DNA of 32,000 nt, from contig NZ_CP011041.1 in NCBI RefSeq assembly GCF_002310835.1, positions 3,300,001 to 3,332,000 on the forward strand, given 5' to 3'. The notes beneath the pieces are model-generated. The model had not been told where the DNA came from. It searched no databases and saw nothing but the letters and a program-made list of their open reading frames with translations. Every line of letters begins with the position of its first letter. The stretch's first letter is position 1. Made by a program: the position numbers and the translations under genes. This document shows, one piece after another, positions 8,245-18,087 of this stretch. Origin of the DNA: Pseudoalteromonas tetraodonis. Lineage in GTDB: Bacteria; Pseudomonadota; Gammaproteobacteria; Enterobacterales; Alteromonadaceae.

Positions 8245-10140
8245 ATGCTAGAAATTGCTTTAATTTATTTAGCCGCCGCCATTGTGGCTGTTCCTATTGC
8301 CAAACGACTTGGCTTAGGATCAGTACTGGGTTATTTAATTGCTGGCATACTAATTGGTCCCTATGCATTGGGAGTCGTAGGGGATCAAACCGATGTAATG
8401 CATTTTGCCGAATTTGGCGTAGTGATGATGCTATTTTTAGTCGGACTTGAACTACAACCCTCACGACTATGGAAGCTTCGGCACTCTATTTTAGGGCTTG
8501 GTGGCTTACAGGTGGTGCTAACTGCGGCGGTTATTTTTGCCTTTTGTTATTGGTTTTTTACCATGCATTGGCAAACCGCATTGGCCATTGGTTTAATGCT
8601 GGCACTTTCTTCTACCGCGATTGTATTGCAAAGCCTCGAAGAAAAAGGCTGGTTAAAGCAAGAAGCTGGGCAAAATGCATTTTCGGTTTTATTATTTCAA
8701 GATATTGCCATTATTCCTATTTTAGCGCTACTCCCCTTACTGGCCTTTGCTGCACCAAGTAGTTCAAAACAAATTAGCGATTCAATCATTGCTGACTGGC
8801 CTGTTTGGCAACAAGTAGGCGTTTCTGTAGCTGTTATTGCCGCTATTATTGCCGGCGGTAAATATGTTTCTGCGCCACTGTTTAGATACATCGCACAAAC
8901 TCACATGCGTGAAATATTCACTATTTTTGCATTGTTTTTAGTCGTGGCTATTTCGCTTGTAATGCACAGTATTGGCCTATCACCTGCTTTAGGTACTTTT
9001 TTAGCCGGTGTAGTATTGGCCGAAAGTGAATTTAGACACGAATTAGAAGCCGACATAGAGCCCTTTAAAGGCCTATTGCTAGGACTATTTTTTATCACTG
9101 TAGGGGCTTCAATTAATTTTGAGCTATTATTTAATCAATTTAGTACCGTGGTTGCTTTAGTTGCCTTATTAATTGTCATTAAAGCCTGCATTTTGTTTGC
9201 CCTTGCTGTCACATTTAAAATTAGCTCAAAGCAAAAACTATTGTTTACATTGGCACTAGCACAAGGTGGTGAATTTGCTTTTGTACTTTTAAGCGTGACC
9301 ACCACATTAAGTATTTTAACCCCAGAACAAACCAGTCTAGTGACCTTAGTGGTTGCGGTATCTATGTTGATAGCTCCTTTATTACTGATGCTGTATGAGC
9401 AAATACAAAAACGCAGTAGTAGCACTAAGCCTGAGTTTGATAAACCAGAACAAATAAATACCGCTAAACACGTAATTATTGCGGGCTATGGCCGCTTTGG
9501 GCAAATTATGGGACGTTTATTACATGCACAAGGCTACGAAATTACCGTACTTGATCACAGCCCAAGCCAAATAGAACTGCTGCGCCGCTTTGGTAACACC
9601 GTATTTTACGGTGATGCTGCTCGCCAAGAACTGCTTGAAGCCGCAGGCGCGCATACTGCACAAATGCTGGTTGTTGCGATTGATAACCCAGATAAAACCA
9701 TTGAAATTATTAAGCTGGCACATAAAAACTACCCACAATTAAAAATAGTGGCGCGCGCAATCGATCGTCGCCATGCGTATCAACTACTGAATCTAAAAGT
9801 GGATGCGTTTAACCGCGAAACCGTCGACTCAGCCATTAACTTAGCCATAGAATCACTGCAGCTACTTGGCAATAGCAAAGAAGACGCTGAGCGTGCTGGT
9901 AAATTATTTAGGGATCATGACCGTGCATCTGTGTTACAACTTTCTGAGCTTTGGGGAGATGATGCCAGCTACGGCGTTGCAGTACGCCAACGTATGGAAG
10001 ATTTAAAACAGGTATTACAGCAAGATAAGCAAGCACAGCAAAATTTAAATACCTGTGATGCCAACGATTATGAAAATGGCTTAACAGAAGACTCTGCTAA
10101 GCCCAAAAAACGACCTAATGATGATGTCCACCTTGAATAG
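8245..10140 (+). CDS. Glutathione-gated K+ efflux / CPA2 antiporter of the KefB/KefC type with a C-terminal RCK (TrkA-N) domain
   Basis: The N-terminus is nearly collinear with E. coli KefC as remembered (RLGLGSVLGYLIAGILIGP, HFAEFGVVMMLFLVGLEL, ALSSTAIVLQ, LLFQDIAIIP). Rossmann motif IIAGYGRFGQ. Confidence 0.88.
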   Translation: MLEIALIYLAAAIVAVPIAKRLGLGSVLGYLIAGILIGPYALGVVGDQTDVMHFAEFGVVMMLFLVGLELQPSRLWKLRHSILGLGGLQVVLTAAVIFAFCYWFFTMHWQTALAIGLMLALSSTAIVLQSLEEKGWLKQEAGQNAFSVLLFQDIAIIPILALLPLLAFAAPSSSKQISDSIIADWPVWQQVGVSVAVIAAIIAGGKYVSAPLFRYIAQTHMREIFTIFALFLVVAISLVMHSIGLSPALGTFLAGVVLAESEFRHELEADIEPFKGLLLGLFFITVGASINFELLFNQFSTVVALVALLIVIKACILFALAVTFKISSKQKLLFTLALAQGGEFAFVLLSVTTTLSILTPEQTSLVTLVVAVSMLIAPLLLMLYEQIQKRSSSTKPEFDKPEQINTAKHVIIAGYGRFGQIMGRLLHAQGYEITVLDHSPSQIELLRRFGNTVFYGDAARQELLEAAGAHTAQMLVVAIDNPDKTIEIIKLAHKNYPQLKIVARAIDRRHAYQLLNLKVDAFNRETVDSAINLAIESLQLLGNSKEDAERAGKLFRDHDRASVLQLSELWGDDASYGVAVRQRMEDLKQVLQQDKQAQQNLNTCDANDYENGLTEDSAKPKKRPNDDVHLE

Positions 10141-10843
10141 CCTCACCTTGAGGATTATAAAAACCGGTGGCGCCGTGCTCTATAAAGCCTAGGTTAATCA
10201 TTTTTGCTAAAAATGGGTCGCTTTCGTTATCGCCAATGTCGGCATAGTCGGTGGTTTGAAAGTTATCCCATTTTGCAAACTGAGCCTTAATAGCTGGTGT
10301 GTCATTTTGCACCGCGTCTAAGCTAAGTGACATGCTTGCTTTATTCGCTAGGTTACTAATGCTAAATGTTTTTACCAGTTTTGAATGGGTAAAAAATGCC
10401 AAGTTATACTGAGAGTTATTTTCTTCTAAGCTGTAATTTTTTATTTCGTTGCAGCCTTCACCTTCAGTGCTCACTAATGTCATTTTTTCAATAAGATGAT
10501 TATCTACCAGCTGTACTTTTGCACTCCAGTTTTGCACTCCTTGCACCTCTGAGGGCTGATATTCAATACCGCGCTGCTGCGCATTAAAATAACGAATAGG
10601 CCGTATTTGATTGTTGCTCGTATGCTGCCAAAGCTCTGTTATAACTTGGCTTTGGTGCGCCACTTGTTGCTCATTTCGCCAAAGGGCGAGAGTTTGGCTG
10701 TTTTCCTTATTATTTTTAAGCGTTTGTGGAGCCTTATTAATAATAGTGTAAGTGGCTTTTAATACCTGTGGATTTATATCGCACTGCTCAGCAAAGCTGC
10801 TTGCGCTAAATAATGCGCTCATTATTAAAAATACTTTTTTCAT
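10115..10843 (-). CDS. Orphan secreted protein (no family recognised), C-terminal GGHHH
   Basis: Clean signal peptide MKKVFLIMSALFSASSFA|EQ. A 242-aa ORF with its own upstream region. Its 3' end overlaps the kef 3' end by 26 nt. Confidence 0.55.
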   Translation of the reverse strand: MKKVFLIMSALFSASSFAEQCDINPQVLKATYTIINKAPQTLKNNKENSQTLALWRNEQQVAHQSQVITELWQHTSNNQIRPIRYFNAQQRGIEYQPSEVQGVQNWSAKVQLVDNHLIEKMTLVSTEGEGCNEIKNYSLEENNSQYNLAFFTHSKLVKTFSISNLANKASMSLSLDAVQNDTPAIKAQFAKWDNFQTTDYADIGDNESDPFLAKMINLGFIEHGATGFYNPQGEAIQGGHHH

Positions 10844-10920
10844 TGGGCTATCTCTTTAGTTAATCGCTTTTAGCTTAATTGCCTTTAACATAACCAAAAA
10901 TAATGGCAGTTTAATGACAT

Positions 10921-10943
10921 AAAAAACCCGCACAGTGTGCGGG
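10921..10943 (-). terminator. Rho-independent terminator after the alkaline phosphatase pair
   Basis: On the minus strand: stem cccgcac/gtgcggg (10927-10943), then TTTTTT (complement of the A-run at 10921-10926). It lies about 20 nt after the AP stop. Confidence 0.75.
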
Positions 10944-10962
10944 TTGTTTTATATCGCAAGGT

Positions 10963-12759
10963 TTATTGCGCTACTTTTTCATCCGCGGCTTTTACAAAGT
11001 CAGCGGCAAAGTCCATAACATGGAATAAAAAGCTTTGCTCATTAGTACCTGTTACTAAATGCGCCCCTGGGCCCATTGCATACACACCTACATCTTCGCC
11101 TGCGTGAGTTTCTGATGATAGTGGCACAAGTGCCTCTTGGTGAAAACCTGGCGTTGTTGTATCAACATTACTTAAATCAACACGCCCTGTAACGGGTGCT
11201 GCTAAGTAAGATGCATCAGCATCGGTTTCTGCACCTAGGTCTCTGTAGCCTAAACCATTAGTGTAACCAACTGTAGTATAAGGCATATCGTCGGCAGCAA
11301 GGCTGGGCTCTGTTTGCCCTACACCAACCACTTTACCTAAAATTGGGTTACCGCGTTTAGGGTAGCCCGCAATGGTAAATACGTGACTGTGATCGGCTGT
11401 CACTACAATTAGCGTCTCTTCTGGGTTGGTGTTTTCCATCGCTACTTTTACTGCTTTAGCCAGCTCTACAGTATCGTTCAGTGCGTTGTATGCATTACCC
11501 GCATGATGCGCGTGGTCAATACGACCCGACTCAACCGTTAAGAAAAAGCCTTTATCGTTGTTATCAAGCACATCAATCGCTTTTTCGGTCATTTGTGATA
11601 ATGAAGGCTCGCCTGCAATATCATTGCCACGGTCGGCTTCGTATTGCATGTGAGATTCATTAAATAAACCAAATACACGCTCAGTTGTGGTTGCATCAAT
11701 CGCAGCAAAACCCGCTTGATCCATCACATAAGCCCCATTTGGATATTGCGTTTTCCACTCGGCGGTTAAGTCGCGATTATCTGTACGATCGCCCTCTACA
11801 GCACTAACTGCGTCAGCAGAGTTAAACGCGGCATCTTTTGGTAAAAAGTGACGACGCCCGCCACCCATAACCACTTCAATTCCGTCTACATCAATACCAC
11901 TAAAACGTGCTTCTAGGTTCTTTTCAAAGTTAACCAGCTGTGAGGCAATATCTTCACAATTAGCTGACTCAGAAGCAGGCATATCTGAAATATCTTCCCA
12001 GTTACGGTCTGCCGATTTAGCGTAGGTTGCCGCAGGTGTTGCATGGGTAATACGTGCAGTAGAAACAATACCCGTAGACTTACCGGCAATCTCAGCCAGC
12101 TCTAATGACGTAACAAGCTCATGTCCTTTGCCTGATGCACAACTACCACGTTCAACCGCTTCGTCTATACCAATTACACCCACATCGGTTTTTACACCTG
12201 AGGCCATTGCCGTCATTGTACCGGCAGAATCTGGCGTTTGTGCATCCACGTTATAGGTTTTTACAAACCCAGAGTACGGCATGGTTTCAAAGCTTAATTG
12301 GTGATCTTCACCCATTTCACCCTGTAATTGCCCCGCTAAAATACGGGCAGCTGTCACAGTAGAAATACCCATTCCATCGCCAACAAACAAGATCACATTT
12401 TTAGCTTTACCCGATTCAGTTACCACTTTACTTGCAGCATCTTGCGCGCCGGCGAGCTTAGTTTGTGCATCACTAAACCATACGTTATTGCTAAGAGACG
12501 CCAGCTGCTCGCTCGTTAATGAGGTGGCTGGGTCGTTACAGACTAAGTTAGTGTGCGTTACTTCGTTGCTCTCTAATTGCCCGTTTGTATTGGTATCAAC
12601 ACCGCTTTGTGTTTCTACGCCGCCATTGATACATTGTGCTGAGCCTACAGCAATTGGGAGATCGACCGCTAAAATATTATTGCTGTTTTTGTCGTCATCA
12701 CTCGAACACCCCGTTAATGCGACCATTACTGCTAAAGAAAGTACTGTTAATTTATTCAT
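10963..12759 (-). CDS. phoA: Alkaline phosphatase (PhoA family), lipoprotein paralog with an N-terminal extension
   Basis: VILFVGDGMGIST, active-site DSAGTMTA, metal-ligand motifs GRIDHAHH and TADHSH. ATG 12759 gives MNKLTVLSLAVMVALTG|CSS (lipobox). The track start at 12771 is 4 codons upstream and is also possible. Confidence 0.9.
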   Translation of the reverse strand: MNKLTVLSLAVMVALTGCSSDDDKNSNNILAVDLPIAVGSAQCINGGVETQSGVDTNTNGQLESNEVTHTNLVCNDPATSLTSEQLASLSNNVWFSDAQTKLAGAQDAASKVVTESGKAKNVILFVGDGMGISTVTAARILAGQLQGEMGEDHQLSFETMPYSGFVKTYNVDAQTPDSAGTMTAMASGVKTDVGVIGIDEAVERGSCASGKGHELVTSLELAEIAGKSTGIVSTARITHATPAATYAKSADRNWEDISDMPASESANCEDIASQLVNFEKNLEARFSGIDVDGIEVVMGGGRRHFLPKDAAFNSADAVSAVEGDRTDNRDLTAEWKTQYPNGAYVMDQAGFAAIDATTTERVFGLFNESHMQYEADRGNDIAGEPSLSQMTEKAIDVLDNNDKGFFLTVESGRIDHAHHAGNAYNALNDTVELAKAVKVAMENTNPEETLIVVTADHSHVFTIAGYPKRGNPILGKVVGVGQTEPSLAADDMPYTTVGYTNGLGYRDLGAETDADASYLAAPVTGRVDLSNVDTTTPGFHQEALVPLSSETHAGEDVGVYAMGPGAHLVTGTNEQSFLFHVMDFAADFVKAADEKVAQ

Positions 12760-12770
12760 GTGAGCCGCCA

Positions 12771-14360
12771 TTATTGCTGAGTTAGTTCAAGAGCTTGATT
12801 AATTAAATGAAATACAACGTTTTGCTCAATAACACCTTGAGCTAGGTGAGCACCCGGTCCGGTTGCATGCAGTGAAATATCTTCACCTGCGTGTGTTTCA
12901 GAGCTCAGTGGTACCGTGGTTTCTTGGTGAAAACCTGGCGTTGTTGTATCAACACCATTTAGCTCAACACGTCCTGCAACCGCAGCTGTTTCATAGCTTG
13001 CGTCCGCATCCGTTTCATCGATTAAGTTTCTAAAACCGAGGCCATTTGCATAACCTACTGTGGTGTATGGCATGTTATCAGCAGCTAGCGTTGGTGTAGT
13101 TTGCCCTACAGCAACCACCTTACCTAAAATTGGGTTACCACGTTTAGGGTAACCTGCAATAGTAAATACATGGCTATGGTCGGCAGTAACTAAAATAAGG
13201 GTTTCTTCTGGATTGGTGTTATCAACGGCAGCTTGTACTGCTTTTGCAAATTCAATGGTGTCATTAAGTGCATTATATGCGTTACCCGCATGGTGAGCAT
13301 GGTCAATGCGCCCCGACTCAACCGTTAAGAAAAACCCTTTTTCGTTTTTACCCAGTACATCAATGGCTTTGGTGGTCATCTCGGTAAGTGAAGGCTCGCC
13401 TGCTATATCGTTGGCACGGTCAGCTTCGTATTGCATGTGCGATTCGTTAAATAAACCAAATACTTTAGTGGCGTCATCGGCAATGCTATTAAAACCGGCT
13501 TCATCCATCACATAAGTGCCATTTGGATACTGTGTTTGCCACTCAGTAACAAGGTTACGCTCATCGGTACGATCGCCTTCTACGGCGCTCATAGCGTCAG
13601 TAGAATTTGCCGCGGCCTCTTTTGGTAAAAAGTGACGACGGCCGCCACCCATTACAAAATCTAAGCCATCAACATCGGTTCCGACAAAGCGTGCTTCTAG
13701 GTTTTTTTCAAAATTAACCAGCTGTGAGGCAATATCTTCACAGCCAGCATTAACAGCCGCTTCGGGCATGTCTGAGATATCTTCCCAGTTGCGATCAGCC
13801 GATTTAGCATAGGTTGCCGCAGGCGTTGCATGGGTAATGCGGGCAGTAGAGATAATTCCTGTTGCTAGGCCTTTAATTTCAGCAAGTTCAGTGGCTGTAA
13901 GTAACTCATTACCAGCCACCGTTGAGCACTCACCGCGCTCAATATCTTCATCAACACCAATAACACCCACATCGGTTTTTACACCTGAGATCATGGCCGT
14001 CATGGTGCCTGCAGAGTCTGGCGTTTGTGCATCCACATTATAGGTTTTAACTTGCGCAGAGTAAGGGAACTGCTCAAAGCTTAAATAGCCTTCTTCGCCA
14101 AGCTGATTATTGCGTTGACCTTGTAAAATACGCGCTGCGGTTAAGGTAGAAATACCCATGCCATCGCCTACAAATAAAATAACATTTTTAGCTTTAGTGT
14201 TTTTAATTGCCTGCGCTTGCGTTGTTTTTGTTGTTAGTTTTGCTTGGGCAGCGCTGTACCAGCTGCTGTCTTTTTGACTTTGCGGTAAAACATTGGCATG
14301 ACTAACGGCACTAAACGCACAGGTTAGTGCGATTGCCGCAGCAACTTTTTTAATTTTCAT
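12771..14360 (-). CDS. phoA: Alkaline phosphatase (PhoA family), secreted paralog
   Basis: The same catalytic motifs as its neighbour. Signal peptide MKIKKVAAAIALTCAFSAVSHA. Long identical peptide runs are shared with the downstream paralog (ARITHATPAATYAKSADRNWEDISDMP, CEDIASQLVNFEKNLEARF). Confidence 0.92.
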   Translation of the reverse strand: MKIKKVAAAIALTCAFSAVSHANVLPQSQKDSSWYSAAQAKLTTKTTQAQAIKNTKAKNVILFVGDGMGISTLTAARILQGQRNNQLGEEGYLSFEQFPYSAQVKTYNVDAQTPDSAGTMTAMISGVKTDVGVIGVDEDIERGECSTVAGNELLTATELAEIKGLATGIISTARITHATPAATYAKSADRNWEDISDMPEAAVNAGCEDIASQLVNFEKNLEARFVGTDVDGLDFVMGGGRRHFLPKEAAANSTDAMSAVEGDRTDERNLVTEWQTQYPNGTYVMDEAGFNSIADDATKVFGLFNESHMQYEADRANDIAGEPSLTEMTTKAIDVLGKNEKGFFLTVESGRIDHAHHAGNAYNALNDTIEFAKAVQAAVDNTNPEETLILVTADHSHVFTIAGYPKRGNPILGKVVAVGQTTPTLAADNMPYTTVGYANGLGFRNLIDETDADASYETAAVAGRVELNGVDTTTPGFHQETTVPLSSETHAGEDISLHATGPGAHLAQGVIEQNVVFHLINQALELTQQ

Positions 14361-14440
14361 CCGTAATTCCCATTATGTAGTGGTTATTTTTAAAAGTGTG
14401 AACACAAAAAACATCAACCGCTGTACTCTAAAAAAGAGTT

Positions 14441-14480
14441 ATGACTAATAAAGGTAATTTTGATGAAGAAAAAATGACGG
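14441..14480 (-). promoter_or_regulatory. Pho box (PhoB-binding) candidate upstream of the alkaline phosphatase operon
   Basis: The minus strand reads CCGTCAT-TTTT-TCTTCAT (14480 down to 14463), against the CTGTCAT-N4-CTGTCAT consensus. A further TAGTCAT half-site starts exactly 33 bp (3 x 11) downstream of the first. The site is about 80-120 bp upstream of ATG 14360. Confidence 0.4.
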
Positions 14481-14546
14481 TGGCAATAAAGCGCAGAAAA
14501 AGTGAAAGGATATGGGATTTAAAAAAGCTTAAACCCCATTAAATAG

Positions 14547-15755
14547 TTAATGAGTAATATTTATTGCTTTTGCATACGTTGCAGGAGCAAAGCGGGTGGT
14601 CATAAACAGCATTGCAATTAGCGTTATTACCAACATAAACCAAGATGCTTGATAGCGTGCAGTAACATCGAGTAAAACACCTGCTATATAAGGCACGATA
14701 GCGGTAATAATAAAGCCAACACCTTGGACAAACGCAGTGAGTACACCTGCCAATTTTGGATTAGACAAGTGATCGAGCGCCACGGTGAGTGTTAGCGAAA
14801 AACAAGCACCTAAACCACACCCTATCATCCCCACCCAAACGTTCATCATAGAATCGGGCATCAATATTAATCCTATAAAACCTATTAGCTGAATCGCAAC
14901 AGCAAAAAATAACCAAGGTCGCCTGTCTAAGCGGTTTGCTGAAAGTACCGGTGCGCCCAATGCACCAATTACCTGAAAAACAGTCATAACGCCAATAAGC
15001 TCCCCACTATTTTGTGCACTCCATCCTAAATCCTGAGCGTAACTAGGTAACCAAGCAATCATGCACGCGTAGCCGCCATTAGCGAATCCAAAATAGGCAG
15101 CAAGTAACCATGCTCGCTGGTTAAAAAATAAATTAAGCTTAATACTGTTATGCTTTGCGTCCATCGGCTCCTGCGGCCTTAACCACCAAAGCAACAGAGC
15201 AATAACAGGAATAATAAGCCACACTCCAAGCCCTGCTTGCCAACTGCCATAGTGCACCGCCACCCGCGGCGTTAATATTGCAGCTATACCACCGCCTGCC
15301 ATAAGTGAGGCAGAATATACCCCCATAGCTAAAGGAACTCGCTGTGGATACCAACGTTTAACCACTCCTGGAGCCATCGCTTGCACTATTGCAATGCCTG
15401 TACCGCCTAATAGCGCACTGATTATTAACGCCCAACCACTGCCAAGCCACAAACGCCAAAAACCAGCTAATGCAATTGCAAACAATCCACCAGCAATCCA
15501 CGCATTTTCACTTAAATAACGCCCAAGCCAAGGAAGTAATAATGGAAACACGCCCATACAAAACATAGGGAGTACGGTTAACAAAGACGCCCCTTGTAAA
15601 CCAAGCCCAGTGCTTAAACGAATTTCTTCAAGTAATGGGCCGGTAGAGGTAAGCGTGGGTCGTAAGGTCATTGCGAGCACAGCAATGATTAACATTGGCC
15701 AAAAAAGCGAAAGCGCCGATGCATAAGAAGAAGTAGAAGTGCTGTGATTACTCAT
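14547..15755 (-). CDS. cynX: MFS cyanate transporter CynX
   Basis: A 12-TM MFS-like protein located last in a cynT-cynS-X arrangement. The track start is TTG 15758 and the next codon is ATG 15755. An AAGGA RBS lies upstream. Confidence 0.8.
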   Translation of the reverse strand: MSNHSTSTSSYASALSLFWPMLIIAVLAMTLRPTLTSTGPLLEEIRLSTGLGLQGASLLTVLPMFCMGVFPLLLPWLGRYLSENAWIAGGLFAIALAGFWRLWLGSGWALIISALLGGTGIAIVQAMAPGVVKRWYPQRVPLAMGVYSASLMAGGGIAAILTPRVAVHYGSWQAGLGVWLIIPVIALLLWWLRPQEPMDAKHNSIKLNLFFNQRAWLLAAYFGFANGGYACMIAWLPSYAQDLGWSAQNSGELIGVMTVFQVIGALGAPVLSANRLDRRPWLFFAVAIQLIGFIGLILMPDSMMNVWVGMIGCGLGACFSLTLTVALDHLSNPKLAGVLTAFVQGVGFIITAIVPYIAGVLLDVTARYQASWFMLVITLIAMLFMTTRFAPATYAKAINITH

Positions 15756-15780
15756 CAATAAAAACCATCCTTAATAACCA

Positions 15781-15805
15781 AAAAAAGCCGGCGCTTAGCG
15801 CCGAC
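15781..15805 (-). terminator. Intra-operon terminator/attenuator-like hairpin between cynS and cynX
   Basis: Minus strand: GC stem cggcgc/gcgccg (15789-15803), 3-nt loop, then TTTTTT (complement of the A-run at 15781-15786). Confidence 0.5.
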
Positions 15806-15833
15806 TGTTTATATAAAAAGTATTATAAAACGT

Positions 15834-16304
15834 TTAGAAAGGCTTGTAAGGTAAGAACTTACCATCAAGCGTAATTACAGCACGTGAGCCACCTTCAGGA
15901 TCTTCAACTTTTTTCATATCTACTTTAAAATTAATTGCACTAATAATACCGTCGCCAAACTGCTCATGAACTAATGCCTTAAACGTTGTACCGTATACTT
16001 GCATCATTTCATAAAAACGGTAAATAGTCGGATCAGTTGGCATATTGTTTTCGACACTACCACGTAGTGGAATAGCTTTAAGTAACTCAACCGCACTTGC
16101 ATCAAGGCCCAGCGTTTGTGCCACTTTTTCAGCGACCTCTGCAGGCAATGGGTGCTGGCCTAATAAAGCCGCCGTCACGTAAACGTCGCTTAAACCTGTG
16201 CCCTCTGCAATTTGTTCAAACGACAGATTTTTTTCTGCTTTTGCAGCAATAATTATATCGGTTAATGCTAGGCGCGCCGTGTTGCTCACTTGAGATTGGA
16301 TCAT
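15834..16304 (-). CDS. cynS: Cyanase (cyanate hydratase) CynS
   Basis: 156 aa, the same length as E. coli CynS and near-collinear with it as I recall it (MIQSQ..., [45 protein letters not shown]). Confidence 0.95.
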   Translation of the reverse strand: MIQSQVSNTARLALTDIIIAAKAEKNLSFEQIAEGTGLSDVYVTAALLGQHPLPAEVAEKVAQTLGLDASAVELLKAIPLRGSVENNMPTDPTIYRFYEMMQVYGTTFKALVHEQFGDGIISAINFKVDMKKVEDPEGGSRAVITLDGKFLPYKPF

Positions 16305-16328
16305 AATAGTACCTCTTACAATGGTTGG

Positions 16329-16988
16329 TTAAACAGCTACAGGAAGCTGAATTGGATATGCACGAACATCGGTATGTTCGGCAAGGGAAACAAACGTATT
16401 CGTTGCGCCATTTAAAGCTTCAATGCCGCCAGATTCGATATCATAAACCCAGCCATGTAATGCCAAGCGACCTTCGCCAAGCGCAAGACGCACCGATGGA
16501 TGGGTTTTAATGTTTTCAAGTTGTGCGATAACGTTTTCGCGTACCATAGCTTCAATGCGCTCACGTTCATTTGCGTGATTGCGCGCTTCATTGACAATGC
16601 GAGCTGAGTCGGCGTAACGCAGCCAACTGCCAACAGCAGGCATGTTATCCATGCACTTACAGGTTGCTATTGCCGTCATTGCTCCGCAATCAGAATGGCC
16701 GCAAATAACCACATCGGTTACTTGCAGTGCAGTAACTGCATATTCAACTGATGCAGAAACCCCGCCAGGCTCAGGCCCGTAAGATGGGACGATGTTTCCG
16801 GCATTGCGAATAACAAATAATCCACCAGGTTCACGTTGTGTTACGAGCTCAGGCACTAAACGACTATCAGAACATGAAATAAACAAAGTCCGTGGATTTT
16901 GCTTAGTAGCCAAATTTTTAAATAAATCGGCACGCTCTGGGTATGCATCACTTTGAAACTTTAAAAAACCTTCAATGATATCTTTCAT
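16329..16988 (-). CDS. cynT: Beta-class carbonic anhydrase CynT
   Basis: Beta-CA zinc-ligand motifs CSDSRLVPE and HSDCGAM. First gene of the cynTSX arrangement. Confidence 0.92.
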   Translation of the reverse strand: MKDIIEGFLKFQSDAYPERADLFKNLATKQNPRTLFISCSDSRLVPELVTQREPGGLFVIRNAGNIVPSYGPEPGGVSASVEYAVTALQVTDVVICGHSDCGAMTAIATCKCMDNMPAVGSWLRYADSARIVNEARNHANERERIEAMVRENVIAQLENIKTHPSVRLALGEGRLALHGWVYDIESGGIEALNGATNTFVSLAEHTDVRAYPIQLPVAV

Positions 16989-17053
16989 AACGGGTGTCTC
17001 TATATTATCGATGAGATGAATATTACGCCCGCTTTTTAATAAGGTAAAAGACT

Positions 17054-17085
17054 GGTATATTATGATACCGATAAGAAATACTTAT
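17054..17085. promoter_or_regulatory. Candidate CynR operator(s) in the cynR/cynT divergent region
   Basis: Two inverted repeats: GGTAT-N6-ATACC (17054-17069) and ATAAG-N5-CTTAT (17071-17085). The second contains a LysR-type T-N11-A motif. The whole intergenic region is only 105 bp. Confidence 0.35.
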
Positions 17086-17093
17086 AGTTAGCT

Positions 17094-17987
17094 ATGATAC
17101 TTCGCCACATCAATTACTTTTTGGCCGTTGCCAAGCACAAAAACTTCACCAAAGCAGCAGCGTCCTTATATGTGTCTCAACCTGCGTTGTCGCAACAAAT
17201 TAAACAGCTTGAAGAAACCCTCGGTGCACCTTTATTTGACCGCTCAGGGCGCAGCGTAAAGTTAACCGATGCGGGTGAGGTATATGCTCGTTATGCACAC
17301 AGAGCCTTGCAGGATTTAGAAGAAGGTAAGCGGGCGATTCATGATGTACAAAACCTCAGCCGAGGTTCATTGCGAGTGGCTATTACGCCGACGTTTACTA
17401 CTTATTTTATTGGGCCATTAGTCAACGCATTTCATCAGCACTACCCCAACATCACCTTAAGCATGGAAGAAATGTCGCAAGAACGCATGGAAAATCGTTT
17501 GTTAGATGATGAGTTTGATGTAGGTATAGCCTTTGAAGGCAACCATAGTGCAGACATACACGCCCAAACTTTATTACAAGAGACACTCGCTTTAGTAGTA
17601 AATAAACACCATGCTTTAGCTAGCAAACACCGTATTGACCTGAGCACTTTAAATGAACAATCACTGGTGCTGCTCAGTAATGAGTTTGCAACTCGCGAAC
17701 AAATTGAACGTCATTGTCGCCAACACAAGGTGCAGCCTAATGTACTTATGGAAGCCAATTCACTCAGTGCCGTTATTGAAATAGTGCGCCATACACAACT
17801 AGCTACTTTGCTTCCCTCTAACATAGCGAGTAAACACGAAGAGTTAGTTGCCATTACTCTTGCACCTTCATTATTAAAACGTACCGCGGTGTTACTACAG
17901 CGACAAGATGCTTACCAAAGTGCCGCAACAGCCGCTTTTATAGAGCTGGCTCACAGCACCGCTGAGGCAATAAGCTCAAACATATAA
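17094..17987 (+). CDS. cynR: LysR-family activator of the cyn operon, CynR
   Basis: Strong collinearity with E. coli CynR as remembered ([62 protein letters not shown]). Divergent from cynT. Confidence 0.9.
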   Translation: MILRHINYFLAVAKHKNFTKAAASLYVSQPALSQQIKQLEETLGAPLFDRSGRSVKLTDAGEVYARYAHRALQDLEEGKRAIHDVQNLSRGSLRVAITPTFTTYFIGPLVNAFHQHYPNITLSMEEMSQERMENRLLDDEFDVGIAFEGNHSADIHAQTLLQETLALVVNKHHALASKHRIDLSTLNEQSLVLLSNEFATREQIERHCRQHKVQPNVLMEANSLSAVIEIVRHTQLATLLPSNIASKHEELVAITLAPSLLKRTAVLLQRQDAYQSAATAAFIELAHSTAEAISSNI

Positions 17988-18087
17988 CGATAAAACTAAA
18001 AGCCGCTCAGTTTATGAATGTCGTGCTTGAGCATAAGCCAGCTATTGCCTACAATAGCGCATAATTAATTCAACGCAGATCACCAAT

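Noticed and set aside
158-15354. Many 60-100-aa ORFs nested in or antisense to larger genes: 158..427, 4093..4305, 5051..5333, 6650..6854, 7015..7206, 8469..9738 set, 11481..11663, 12135..12763, 13306..14043, 15148..15354
   Set aside because: Each lies within a longer ORF that has clear family motifs. None has a convincing start context.
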